Shown: one piece after another, positions 18,386-28,094 of the stretch
How positions within the stretch are numbered: position 1 is the stretch's first letter
Layout of the letters: each line of letters starts with the position of its first letter
NCBI GenBank assembly: GCA_965222375.1
Contig: CBDCTZ010000016.1
Span: 3,328,001-3,392,000, forward strand
Length of the DNA stretch: 64,000 nt
Direction: 5' to 3'
DNA from: Polyangiaceae bacterium
GTDB lineage: Bacteria > Myxococcota_A > Polyangia > Polyangiales > Polyangiaceae
Translations under genes and position numbers: made by a program
The notes under the pieces: generated by a model
Databases searched by the model: none
Seen by the model: only the letters and a program-made list of their open reading frames with translations
What the model was told of the DNA's origin: nothing

Positions 18386-21300
18386 TCAGCTGCCGTCCCG
18401 ATGGCGCATGATTTCGTACAGCTGCTCCATACCCCGCGTGGGGCTGGCCATGAAATCCCGAAGGGTTCCAAAGACGGCCTGCATGTCCTCGGGGCTCAGG
18501 GGCTCTTGTCGGGCCGCGTCCGCATCCATGCGGTTCACCTCGGCGATCGTGTCCATGAAGATCTCGATGGGCGTCAGGCTCTCAGCATTGTTCGGATCCA
18601 TGGGCGTAACCAGATTTCGCAGAATGCGATCCATGATCCGATACGGGTCATAGCGATTCGGCTTCACGCCGCCATTGCCATCGGGCTCTTCTCGAGTGAT
18701 GGCATCCATCAGCTCCAGCACCCGATCGGCAGTGCCTGGACCCGTGGAGCCCTCCTCGGGTGCCGCCGCCAGGGCGATACCGTTGTAGATCAGCGGCATG
18801 TTCAGATCGTCTTTCAGGATCTGCATCATGTCGCTGGCGCTGGTGAGCGTGCTGTGCAGCGCGTCGTTGCCGCTGGCCTGCTGCATCAAGTAGCGCAGGT
18901 GGCGCTGCAGCGCGGCGCGAGTCTCGGGATCCTCGTTGATGCGATCGACCAGATGCATGCTGGTCGAGAACATCGGATCCCCGAAGGTCTCCGCGGCCTT
19001 GGCGGCCATCGTCTTGGTTGCCCACTCGCACGCCACCGGGTTGGTCTCCCGATCCGGGCAGTTGGCGTTCAGCTGTGCTCGCAACACGTCCACCAGGATC
19101 GGTACGGCTTTGACGAAAGCCTTGTTGCGGAACTGCGCATTGGGCCCGTCGCCGTCCACGGCCAAGAACTGATCAACCAGCTTCGAGCGTGCCGCCTTCC
19201 AGCGCACGTAGCGCGGCGAGCCGGGCTCCAAGGTCTTGTCGATGCTAGCCAGGGCGTTGGCGAAGAGATCGTAGTTGGTCAGCTGGGGCTTGTTGATGAT
19301 GCCGTTGGACCAGGTCGTCGCCGGATTGCCAGCGCGATCCTTCATGCCGACGCTGGCCGCATAGTCCGGGTCGAACATGGCCGTGGTCAACTCGGCCATG
19401 ATGTCCAAGCCCTTCATGCTCTGCTGGGTACGGTCGTTCGTCACCGTCATGCCCTCGATGAGCTTCACCAAGTCACCCAACGCCGGCAACAGATCGGACG
19501 CGAAGATTTCCGCCAGCATCGGTTCGTACGCGGATATGCCGCTGCCGTTGCACCAGCGCGGGTTGTAGTTGGGATTGATCTTGTGGGCGGAGCGGTCGGC
19601 CTCGCTCAGGTACTTGAGCCAGGGCTTGTCGCCGAAGTTGCCGTTGTCGTTGCACTCCCCGCCGTGTTTGGGGCCCGCCCAATGTCGATACAGCACCTCG
19701 ATATTGTCGAGGAAGAGCTGGGAAGACTTGTTCAGGTCGAACACCGCGAGGAGCGGCTTCATGCCCTTGTAGAAATCGTACTTCTCCCAAGCAAAGATGG
19801 TGCCCTTGGCGCGCAAGCGGTAGAGTTCGCTCGGGTTGCCTGGTTCGCCATTGTGCGCCCACTTCACGTTGGGGCTGCAATCCGCGAGATGGATGTCGCC
19901 GAGTTGGTTCAAGGGATCCTTGACGACACGCTCGGGGCACGTGGCGGAGGAGACCGGGTCGATCATGCGTGAGATGAACTTGTTGGTATCGTCGTTCTTG
20001 CCCGTGAAGTTCGGGTCCCGATCCGGCATCTTCCCGCTGAAAAAAGGGTCGAATTTTGGACTCTCGGCGCCAAAGAATACGAGGCGGTTCAGCGCTTGAG
20101 GCGAGGGCTTGAGGCCCATGCCGACAATGCCGGCGGAATCCGCGAGCATCTTGTTCGGGTCAGTAAATACTTTGGCAGCGGCCATTATGTCGTTCAGAAA
20201 ATCCGAACGGATCTCCATGTTCGCTTTGCCCAGGATCGAGTTGAGATAGAAGATGCCCATGTTCTTGAACACGAACAGCTCGCACTCCTTGTAGCCGCCG
20301 CCAATCGGCCAACTGAGCGCTCCTACGGGCAGCTTGATCCGCACTTGCGCTCCTTCTTTGTTGCATGCATTCACGTCGTTCACGTCATGGATGATCTGCA
20401 AGATGCGATGCATTTGGCTGCGGTTCGGTCCGGTTTCGGGTTGCGTGTAGTCCGGTGCAACACTCGGATCGCCGTTACCACCCGTAGTAAGGTTGATGGG
20501 CAATCCGTTGATGTTGTTGGTGTCGTAGTGGAGCTCGTCTTTGAACGCGTTGAATTTGGAGTAGGACGGCCCGATGTAAGCTTTGACATCTGGGTGATAG
20601 AGTGCCTGAAGCAGCTCTTTGAGCAGTTTCGAGTTCTTGCTGATCTGGGAGATGAGCTCCGCCATCTCGTCCCAGACCGTGACCCCCGGGTCGAGGCCGA
20701 CGTCCGGGTACTTGTCCGCAATGGCTTTTGCATTCAGGGCCGCGCCCAACACCCGCGCGACCGCCTGCTCTCGCACCGGATCCGTCACCAGTTCTTTCAA
20801 GAACTTCAGATGCAAGTCGCTGTTCTTGTGCGCCAGGGTCCACCCCGTGGCGTGGATCAGATCTGCCATCGGCGAGGCGTTGGTATCGAAGCTGTCGTAC
20901 TGGCCGTCTACGCCCCAATCCGCCGGCTTCTTGACCGCAGCGCCGTAGAGCACGAAAGCGCCGCTGAGCAGATCCGCCATGGCCTCGGAGCCCCCGTCCA
21001 CGTCCATCAGCGGCTCCATGTCGCGCAACATGGCAGCGGTGTAGGTCTGGCTCGTATCCAGGTAGCTGTACAGCGGCTGTCCGCCTGGGCCGAGGGCGCG
21101 CCCAAAGGGATCCGGTGGGAACTGGCGCGCCAGCCCCGGTACCACGAAGGGCGTGTCCACGGGTGCGAGCGCTCCGGGACCACCCAGGAAGCGGCCGAAG
21201 GCGTCCACGTCGGCGAAACCGTCGTTGTCACCATCCGAGAACGGGCCCGGCACGGTGCCGAGAGTTCCGGGGATACTGCCCGCCGGGATCGCGTAGCCTC

Positions 21301-22264
21301 GCACGTCGCGCGCGACCAGATAGCGCGGCTGGGCGGCAGGCCCCGCAAAGGCAGGATCCGAAGCCAACATGATGGCTTGGGCGATCTCCATGTTGGTGCG
21401 CGGCCGGTCCGGCTTGGCCGGGTCAAACTTCCCCGGGAACACCAGGGGCTGTTGCACGCTGGTATCGAGCTCGTTTTGAGCCATTCCCAGCACGTTTTGG
21501 AAGGCTTCGCGCATCGGCCCGCCGGGCGCCAGGCGCGGGGCGAAGGCCTGGGTCAACTGTCGCAGCTCGGGATAGGCCAGGGAGGGACGCAATGCGCCCA
21601 GGGCAACCCGAGACGGCCGATAGCCCAGTCGCCCGGAGAGGCGCGAAAGAGCTTCCCGCGCCGCCAATGCCTTGTTGGGGTCGATGCCACTGGTGATCTT
21701 GTCACGGCCGGGCCCCGCTAGGCCTGCGAACAGCCGCCCTGTTGCCCGGGTCACGCTGGGCAACAGCGCTTCCCGTGCTCCCGAGCCCTCTCGATCGATG
21801 GGGTTCGAATCGTAGAGCGGCACGACCCGCTTGAGAAACTCGTCCAACGCCACGTGTCCGCGAATGGTTCCACCCGTAGGCGCGGGAACCGGATCGTCAC
21901 TGAAGGTGGCGTTGAACGCAGCAACCAGGTCGGCTCGGCGACGCGCCACGGCATGCACCTTGGAGACCGCCAAGCGCCTGGCCAAGGCGGCGGCGCCCAC
22001 GGCTGGAGGCAACACGCTTTCGTCGACCGTGTCTGCGTAGTTGCCCGCCGCGTCCCGATGGCACACCGCATGGTAGCTCGCGCCGCGCAGATCTTCCGTG
22101 AGCACGCTCGCGCCAACGCGATCGCAGACCGCTGAATACAAGTCGTCACCCAAGCTCGCGACGGGTTCGGTGCGTTTGCGTTTGTCATCGAAGTCCGTGG
22201 CGCAGGACACGCTCAGCCCGAGGGCAACGCTCGAGAGCAAGACTGACTTGAGGCGATAGGACAT
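18386..22264 (-). CDS. very large myxobacterial lipoprotein of unknown function
   Basis: MSYRLKSVLLSSVALGLSVSC lipobox; ~1290 aa; DGDNDGFAD Ca-binding-like motif; start reassigned to ATG 22264. Confidence 0.75.
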   Translation of the reverse strand: MSYRLKSVLLSSVALGLSVSCATDFDDKRKRTEPVASLGDDLYSAVCDRVGASVLTEDLRGASYHAVCHRDAAGNYADTVDESVLPPAVGAAALARRLAVSKVHAVARRRADLVAAFNATFSDDPVPAPTGGTIRGHVALDEFLKRVVPLYDSNPIDREGSGAREALLPSVTRATGRLFAGLAGPGRDKITSGIDPNKALAAREALSRLSGRLGYRPSRVALGALRPSLAYPELRQLTQAFAPRLAPGGPMREAFQNVLGMAQNELDTSVQQPLVFPGKFDPAKPDRPRTNMEIAQAIMLASDPAFAGPAAQPRYLVARDVRGYAIPAGSIPGTLGTVPGPFSDGDNDGFADVDAFGRFLGGPGALAPVDTPFVVPGLARQFPPDPFGRALGPGGQPLYSYLDTSQTYTAAMLRDMEPLMDVDGGSEAMADLLSGAFVLYGAAVKKPADWGVDGQYDSFDTNASPMADLIHATGWTLAHKNSDLHLKFLKELVTDPVREQAVARVLGAALNAKAIADKYPDVGLDPGVTVWDEMAELISQISKNSKLLKELLQALYHPDVKAYIGPSYSKFNAFKDELHYDTNNINGLPINLTTGGNGDPSVAPDYTQPETGPNRSQMHRILQIIHDVNDVNACNKEGAQVRIKLPVGALSWPIGGGYKECELFVFKNMGIFYLNSILGKANMEIRSDFLNDIMAAAKVFTDPNKMLADSAGIVGMGLKPSPQALNRLVFFGAESPKFDPFFSGKMPDRDPNFTGKNDDTNKFISRMIDPVSSATCPERVVKDPLNQLGDIHLADCSPNVKWAHNGEPGNPSELYRLRAKGTIFAWEKYDFYKGMKPLLAVFDLNKSSQLFLDNIEVLYRHWAGPKHGGECNDNGNFGDKPWLKYLSEADRSAHKINPNYNPRWCNGSGISAYEPMLAEIFASDLLPALGDLVKLIEGMTVTNDRTQQSMKGLDIMAELTTAMFDPDYAASVGMKDRAGNPATTWSNGIINKPQLTNYDLFANALASIDKTLEPGSPRYVRWKAARSKLVDQFLAVDGDGPNAQFRNKAFVKAVPILVDVLRAQLNANCPDRETNPVACEWATKTMAAKAAETFGDPMFSTSMHLVDRINEDPETRAALQRHLRYLMQQASGNDALHSTLTSASDMMQILKDDLNMPLIYNGIALAAAPEEGSTGPGTADRVLELMDAITREEPDGNGGVKPNRYDPYRIMDRILRNLVTPMDPNNAESLTPIEIFMDTIAEVNRMDADAARQEPLSPEDMQAVFGTLRDFMASPTRGMEQLYEIMRHRDGS

Positions 22265-22380
22265 GAGACCCCAAGCATATCGCCCTCTGGAGTCCCGGGG
22301 GATCGTAACGCGGCGCGTCATGGGCAAATTGCGGCACAGAAGCGTGCAGTGCGCTCTGGGCCGTGCGAAAAGTCGCCGAC

Positions 22381-23769
22381 ATGACCACCCTTTCCGCCAT
22401 CGTGCTCGCCGCGGGCGAGGGCAAGCGCATGAAGAGCGCCACCAACAAGGTGCTCCATCGCGCTGCCGGTCGGCCCTTGATCTACTACCCCGTGCGCGCT
22501 GCGCTGTCCGCGGGCGCAGCCTACGTGGTCGTCGTGCTCTCGGAGGGCAACCGCGACGCCGTGTATGCGGAGCTTGGACGCTGGTTCGGTCACGACCACA
22601 TTCGGATTGGCATTCAAGCAAAGCCTTCCGGCACCGGAGACGCGACTCGCGTCGGGCTCGAACACGTCGATACGGAACGTACCCTCGTTCTGTGCGGTGA
22701 CACGCCGCTCTTGAAGGCACCGCACCTCGAGCGCCTTGCCGCAGATCTCGCGCATGCCGATCTCGTCGTGACGAGTGCGATCTTGGATGAGCCAGCGGGC
22801 TATGGCCGAGTGCTGCGGGACGACGCAGGCAAGGTGCTCGAAATTCGCGAGCACCGAGACCTAGACAGTGACGCTCAGCGGGCAGTTCACGAGATCAACG
22901 CCGGCGTGTATGCAGCGCGCACCTCGTTCCTCGAGCAAGCTCTGTCGCAGATATCGAGCGACAATGCCCAGGGCGAGCTGTATCTCACGGATACCGTGGC
23001 GCTTGCGGCCAAAGCCGGCCGAGCTGGCGTCGTCATCGGCGCTGCCGACGAAATGCTCGGCGTCAACGACCGCGCGCAGTTGGCGCAAGCCGAGGTGGAA
23101 CTATACGCAGAAAACGCTCGGGAACTCGCGCGTCAGGGCGCGAGCGTTGCCATCGGTAGCCTGGTGGACACGGGCGTGGTCGTGGAGCCGGACGTCACGG
23201 TGCGCCCCGGGGCGGCAATTCGGGGCAGAAGCATCGTTCGGGCTGGGGCCAGCGTAGACATTGGCTGCGTCATCACCGACTCGGAGATTGGCGAAGGCGC
23301 CAACATCAAGCCCAACTGCGTGATCACCGAGAGCCAGGTGGGCGCCGCCGCGCAGATCGGCCCCTTCGCCCACCTGCGACCCGGCAGCGTGATCGAAGCC
23401 GAGGCCCACATTGGCAACTTCGTCGAGACCAAGAAGACCATCGTGCGCCGCGGCGCGAAGGCCAACCACTTGGCCTACCTTGGTGATGGCGACATCGGCG
23501 AAAAAGCGAACGTCGGTGCCGGCACCATCTTCTGCAACTACGACGGATTCCAAAAACACAAGACCACGATTGGCGCTGGCGCGTTCATTGGCAGCGACAG
23601 CCAGATCGTTGCGCCTGTCACCATCGGCGCTGGCGCCTACGTGGCTACGGGCACGACGGTCACCAAAGACGTGCCCGCTGATGCGCTGGCCATTGGTCGC
23701 ACCAAGCAAGAGAACAAAGAGGGCTACGCCAGTCGCCTCAAAGCGCGGCTTCAGAAGGCGAAGAAGTAG
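22381..23769 (+). CDS. glmU: bifunctional UDP-GlcNAc pyrophosphorylase / glucosamine-1-P acetyltransferase
   Basis: LAAGEGKRMKS, GTGDA, EINAG, ELYLTD, GPFAHLRP, GNFVETK, NYDG. Confidence 0.97.
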   Translation: MTTLSAIVLAAGEGKRMKSATNKVLHRAAGRPLIYYPVRAALSAGAAYVVVVLSEGNRDAVYAELGRWFGHDHIRIGIQAKPSGTGDATRVGLEHVDTERTLVLCGDTPLLKAPHLERLAADLAHADLVVTSAILDEPAGYGRVLRDDAGKVLEIREHRDLDSDAQRAVHEINAGVYAARTSFLEQALSQISSDNAQGELYLTDTVALAAKAGRAGVVIGAADEMLGVNDRAQLAQAEVELYAENARELARQGASVAIGSLVDTGVVVEPDVTVRPGAAIRGRSIVRAGASVDIGCVITDSEIGEGANIKPNCVITESQVGAAAQIGPFAHLRPGSVIEAEAHIGNFVETKKTIVRRGAKANHLAYLGDGDIGEKANVGAGTIFCNYDGFQKHKTTIGAGAFIGSDSQIVAPVTIGAGAYVATGTTVTKDVPADALAIGRTKQENKEGYASRLKARLQKAKK

Positions 23770-23914
23770 GCATTCGCCGGACCCCTAGATCGAGTTGGCT
23801 TTTGGGGTCGCGGGCGTTGGGCCGCGTTGGGGCACTACTCTCGCTTTTTGGCGGGCGGGGCCGAGTCCTCGCTGTGCCTGGTGCGACTGCATTTTTGGGG
23901 GGAACGGCTGGTGG

Positions 23915-24130
23915 TGACGGGGACGGTTGCGAGGACGAAGGCGGGGACGGGTACGAACACGGCGACGAGCACGGCCACGGGGACGGTTACGAAGACGGGG
24001 ACGGTTGCGAAGACGGCTGGCGGTCATGGGGACGGCCGGCGGTGACGGGGACGGCTACGAAGACGGTTACGAGGACGAGGACGGTTACGAAGACGGCTGG
24101 CGGGGACAGGGACGGTTACGAAGACGAGGG
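23915..24130. repeat. degenerate hexamer/18-mer tandem repeat tract (GGGGACGGTTACGAAGAC-like)
   Basis: repeated GACGGGGACGGTT(A/G)CGA(A/G)GAC units in the intergenic region upstream of the four-helix-bundle gene. Confidence 0.85.
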
Positions 24131-24227
24131 CGATCTTGTGACGTCGATGGGCAACCCCGTGCCAGCTTCGCTGGCACTTGCGGGTTGCGTTCGTGATTTG
24201 CAGGGGACGCGGCACAGTACGTCGGAT

Positions 24228-24261
24228 TCGAAACCTCCTCCTGGGGTGAAGGAGGTTTCGA
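24228..24261 (+). promoter_or_regulatory. 12-bp hairpin sequestering the SD and first base of the start codon
   Basis: TCGAAACCTCCT (24228-39) pairs perfectly with AGGAGGTTTCGA (24250-61). Confidence 0.75.
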
Positions 24262-24614
24262 TGAACATGAAAAGATCGACACAGTCATTGCTTCCGCATC
24301 ATCGGTTGCGGGCCTTTCGGGTGGCTTTGGAGTTGCTGGCTGCTGTGAGGGCGGCGAAGATCCGGGACCGTGGGGACCGCGACCAGGCCCTTCGGGCGGC
24401 TAAGGCGGCTTGTCGGAATATTGCTGAGGCGGTTGGGCGGGTGTCGCCGGGGGATCGGGCTCGGGTTTTCGGTATCGCGCGGGGCGAGACCGTTGAGGCA
24501 ATTGCCGTGACCGAAATCGCCACGGAGGCTGGGCAGGCTTCGGCCGATGCACTGCCTCGGGTGCTCGATCGCGGCAATGCTCTCTACGCCATGCTCACCG
24601 CGCTGTCGCGCTAG
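24261..24614 (+). CDS. four-helix-bundle protein (23S rRNA IVP / Avd-like family)
   Basis: L.AFRVALEL...DQALRAA..ACRNIAEA.GR....DRARVFGIARGE..E; AGGAGG RBS. Confidence 0.88.
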   Translation: MNMKRSTQSLLPHHRLRAFRVALELLAAVRAAKIRDRGDRDQALRAAKAACRNIAEAVGRVSPGDRARVFGIARGETVEAIAVTEIATEAGQASADALPRVLDRGNALYAMLTALSR

Positions 24615-27030
24615 GCGCTCGCGTATTTTGGCGGATGGGCGCTTGGCGTTGTGTTCGGCGTCGTCTCAGGCCGGCCACGGCCAAGAGGCTCAGTCCCGAG
24701 AACAGAACGACGTTGGACGAACCACGGGTCGTTTGGCAGCCGCCGTCGGTATTCTGAGAATTGCTGCTGGCGGCTGCATCGGTGCCCGAACCGCCTGCGC
24801 CAGGGCCTGCATCGCTGTTGGAGCCACCACCGCCAGAGCCGGCATCGGGGCTACCTCCATCAGGCGATGAAGATGGGATCCCGAAGCACTTGAACTCGAT
24901 CACTTCCGCTTTTGGATCCGAACTGGCTGGGGTCGTGACCACCAAGCGGATCTTGGTCACGTTTGGAACGTCAGGAAAGTCCACTTCTTGAAGAGTGCTG
25001 GAACCGGACGGCGTCATCTCGAACGCGTCGTTCCACGCTCCATCGAAGTACTGAACCTTCCAACTTGCGATCTCGTGATTGCCCGCGTTGTCCTCCAAGA
25101 TGCTCGCGTGGGTGAGGGTGTAGCTATCCTGCAAGTCGTATTCGATCCATGCCTCCGTTCCAGCTGCCAGGGATGCGGAGTGGGCTTTCGTTGCCAGGTT
25201 GCCATCGTGTGCTCGACCCACCGCATACTCGCCACTCGCGTCCCACCCGCTGTCGGCGGCGTAGGTTGACGCATTAGCGAGGCTCGTGGGCCCCGGCTGA
25301 GTTGGGGCGTAGTCGACATGTCGCACCCGATAGCCCCAGTTTCGAGACTTGTCCGGGACGTTGGGCCAGTTCAAGACGCCTTTGCTGTCCGATTTGAGGG
25401 TCGTGGTTCCCTGCCATCCCCCGTTTTCCACGTGCCACCATTCGAAGATGTAGTCGCTGTCGGGTTTGAGTCCTTTGACGAACGTGGGCGGAAACCCCTT
25501 TGTGGAGAGCCCCAAAGCGAAGCTCTCGTCGTCGGAAGAAACCGCCAACGCGTGCATGTCCCCGTGGCTGTTTCCCAGATGCGTGTCCGAGGCGGGTTTC
25601 AAGATCCGGTAGTCATGTTCCTTGTCGAGCATGAAGTCCTTCAAGTGCTTCATCGCGTAGGACTTCCATTTCGTCAGTGAGTGCTTCTGCTGCCGTTCGT
25701 TCGTCGGGATCGGGTACTTGTTGTCAATCCAAAAGGCGATTCCACCGAAATAGGCGTCTCCCCATGCATGTCCGGCGAATCCGCCGTTCAACACGGAGCC
25801 GTACATTTGGAACTGCGCCATCTGTGTTGCGTCGAGGCCGGCGACTTCACCGACGGGTACTGCTGGGTAGTACGGTTCCACGTTCATCGCGGGTAGTTGC
25901 GGGGAGGCCCAGTACATGTCCCGCAACCATAAGTACATTCGTTCGTCTCGATACTTGTTGCTGACGTTGTGCACGTCCAGAAGGGCAGGTTCATCCTTGG
26001 CCCACGTCTCCAGACTGCTGCCGTAGGCCATCGCAGAGCGAGGTTGGCCATAGGGCATTTGACCCGTGCCGTTCATGCTCTTCAGATAGGCGTGGGCGTT
26101 TTCGACGAGCGGCAACCAATCGGGGTAGACGGCGTCTACGGTGTCCCAGTGGAGCCAGCTATAGATCATGTTGTAGCAGCCGTACCGCGCCCAAAGGTAT
26201 CTCGTGTAGTTCGTGAACGCCTTCTTCTGAGTCGCGTTCATTCGCGGCCATTCTTCGTGGCGCCTCACCGACTCAAAAAAAGTGATGAAACCGTGATCCG
26301 ACAAGAACTGCATCTTTTGGTCAGTTTCCTGCCAATACTGCGGATTGATGCGTGTGTAGTCGGCCTGGTCCGAAACGATTTTGAAGGGAGCCAGACCGCC
26401 TTCCGAGATCTTCTGTTTTTGGACCTGTTTCGCCCACACCTTCTCCGCCGAGCTGGTCGTGTCCGTGGGGTAACTCGCGAGGACATTCACGCCGTTGAAG
26501 CCTTGCTTCTTCCGTTCCAAGAAGTAGTCCTGGAATGAAATCCCCGCGATGCCTGCAGAGTTCCAGGGAAATATCTTGGTGAATGCAGTCCAGACCGTGT
26601 CCGCGGTGAAGAAGAACGGCGTTCCGTCGGCGTACTCCAGAGTCGTTCCGTTCACGCGTATGAAACCTCGCCTGTTCGGGTTGGCCTGCTTTTGAGCCTC
26701 GGTCGCTTTCGTGGCGACGAACGCCCCGCTCTGGCCGTCCAACCCGGAGTCGTTTGTCTTTGTCCCTGTTGACCATGTCCACTGGCCAGCCGAGGTTGCG
26801 ACCAACCGCACGCGGAACACTGCTCCGCCGTCCCAAAACGCAGGAACGAAATAGCTCTCGCCGTTTGGTCCGGAGAGTGTGACCCACAGGTCCACGTCCA
26901 TGTATGGGTTGCTGTAGTTCTTGGCAGCGTTGAAGCTAACTTCGTTGACCTCCATCACCCCAATAGCGTGAACACGGGGAGCGATCGCGATGGAGAGCAA
27001 CAAGGACGCCAGTGCGAATGTCTTTTTCAT
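24595..27030 (-). CDS. secreted glycoside-hydrolase-like protein (DUF5060/DUF4038 apiosidase-like) with F5/8-type C domain and MYXO-CTERM-like tail
   Basis: NPYMDV, AFWDGG, YADGTPFF..ADT.W, RKKQGFN; discoidin-like C-domain; GGC-hydrophobic-RRRR tail. Confidence 0.8.
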   Translation of the reverse strand: MKKTFALASLLLSIAIAPRVHAIGVMEVNEVSFNAAKNYSNPYMDVDLWVTLSGPNGESYFVPAFWDGGAVFRVRLVATSAGQWTWSTGTKTNDSGLDGQSGAFVATKATEAQKQANPNRRGFIRVNGTTLEYADGTPFFFTADTVWTAFTKIFPWNSAGIAGISFQDYFLERKKQGFNGVNVLASYPTDTTSSAEKVWAKQVQKQKISEGGLAPFKIVSDQADYTRINPQYWQETDQKMQFLSDHGFITFFESVRRHEEWPRMNATQKKAFTNYTRYLWARYGCYNMIYSWLHWDTVDAVYPDWLPLVENAHAYLKSMNGTGQMPYGQPRSAMAYGSSLETWAKDEPALLDVHNVSNKYRDERMYLWLRDMYWASPQLPAMNVEPYYPAVPVGEVAGLDATQMAQFQMYGSVLNGGFAGHAWGDAYFGGIAFWIDNKYPIPTNERQQKHSLTKWKSYAMKHLKDFMLDKEHDYRILKPASDTHLGNSHGDMHALAVSSDDESFALGLSTKGFPPTFVKGLKPDSDYIFEWWHVENGGWQGTTTLKSDSKGVLNWPNVPDKSRNWGYRVRHVDYAPTQPGPTSLANASTYAADSGWDASGEYAVGRAHDGNLATKAHSASLAAGTEAWIEYDLQDSYTLTHASILEDNAGNHEIASWKVQYFDGAWNDAFEMTPSGSSTLQEVDFPDVPNVTKIRLVVTTPASSDPKAEVIEFKCFGIPSSSPDGGSPDAGSGGGGSNSDAGPGAGGSGTDAAASSNSQNTDGGCQTTRGSSNVVLFSGLSLLAVAGLRRRRTQRQAPIRQNTRAPSATAR

Positions 27031-27082
27031 CTTGAGCCTGCCTCGACCGTCCTGAGACGGTGAATCCTTTGGGCCAGCGATG

Positions 27083-27098
27083 AGCAAGACGCATGCCG
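27083..27098 (-). promoter_or_regulatory. sigma54 -24/-12 promoter
   Basis: CGGCAT-GCGTC-TTGCT on minus strand ~50 nt upstream of ATG 27030. Confidence 0.55.
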
Positions 27099-27270
27099 CA
27101 CCAGCACGGGGCAAAACGTCGCGGAACGGCGAGCACTGAGCTGGTATGGGAACTTTCGTTGCTCGCTCGGGAACTCTCAGTTCCCGGTTCGCCTCGACGT
27201 AGCCGTCGCGCCGCCACGGCAGTCGTCTGCTTTTCCGTCGTGTCTTTCTCTGGCGCCGAATGCGGGACCG

Positions 27271-27963
27271 CTAGTTCTTTCGCGGGATCCCGTCGGTGCA
27301 GGTGAGGCCGCCTTCGTGCTCGATGTCGGTTGCGCGGATGGTGAAGGTGGCGTTGAGGAATAGGTTGATGCTCTCGGCGGCGCGGCAGAGGGGATCGCTC
27401 GGCTTGCCTTGAATGGCGGTGTGAGGCGGATTCACTTCGAGCTCCAGGGAGAAGGTGCGCTCGAAGTCGTTGCTGACGGGAGTGTCGCCGTCGGGCCAGG
27501 TTTGGCCAGCCTGGGTCGTGAAGCTGACCTTCAGGGTCGCATCGTTGATCATTCGGCAAAAGTTGTTGTCTTTGTCGATGGCCTCGACGAAGACCCGTGC
27601 CTCTTCACGGGGCTGCTCGAAGGGAGCGCCGGGGAAGAGCGCGCCGGTACTGACGCGGTACTCGGGTTGCTCACCACACTTCACCACGAACTGCGTGCCC
27701 GATTGTGAGAACCGCCCCGTTGTTGGGCTCGCGTTGATGATCACGTCCGCGTACGCGAGGCTCACCGTGCACATCGTGGCTAGGTCGAAATCCGTGCCGT
27801 CCGTGTTCAGGGTCCCGCCCAGAGTCGTCGGCGCGACCGCTAGCGCGACGGTCTGGCAAGGCTGCGGATCCGGGCTGCACACACCGCCGAGCATCAGCAG
27901 CGAAAGCCCAGCGACACCGAGCTTCCATGGGGTGGAAAGGGAGCGCGCCTGTCGCCGAAACAT
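27271..27963 (-). CDS. hypothetical exported/lipoprotein
   Basis: hydrophobic signal ending LGGVC; biased codon usage; start uncertain. Confidence 0.6.
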   Translation of the reverse strand: MFRRQARSLSTPWKLGVAGLSLLMLGGVCSPDPQPCQTVALAVAPTTLGGTLNTDGTDFDLATMCTVSLAYADVIINASPTTGRFSQSGTQFVVKCGEQPEYRVSTGALFPGAPFEQPREEARVFVEAIDKDNNFCRMINDATLKVSFTTQAGQTWPDGDTPVSNDFERTFSLELEVNPPHTAIQGKPSDPLCRAAESINLFLNATFTIRATDIEHEGGLTCTDGIPRKN

Positions 27964-28094
27964 GCTGGGCGCAAGTGTGAACACCCGCGGTAGGTCTGTC
28001 GAGGTCGCCGTCTTATTCACCGTCTGAGCGGATTCGCCGGGCTTGCGCCGGCTTGGTTGCGCGCCGCCGGAGCCCCGTGACATGCTGGTCGTTC

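Noticed and set aside
18401..21721. Long plus-strand ORFs (523 and 541 aa) and similar shadows (35595-37082, 48116-49666, 51425-52915)
   Set aside because: Antisense shadows of real genes, expected in high-GC DNA
22265..22720. Upstream extension of the 1444-aa ORF
   Set aside because: Overlaps glmU antisense; the lipoprotein signal begins at 22264
23802..24260. N-terminal extension of the four-helix-bundle ORF (270 aa in track)
   Set aside because: It is translated repeat sequence; the strong RBS supports ATG 24261
24261..24614. Diversity-generating retroelement
   Set aside because: Avd-like fold only; no reverse transcriptase and no TR/VR pair with A-specific mismatches seen
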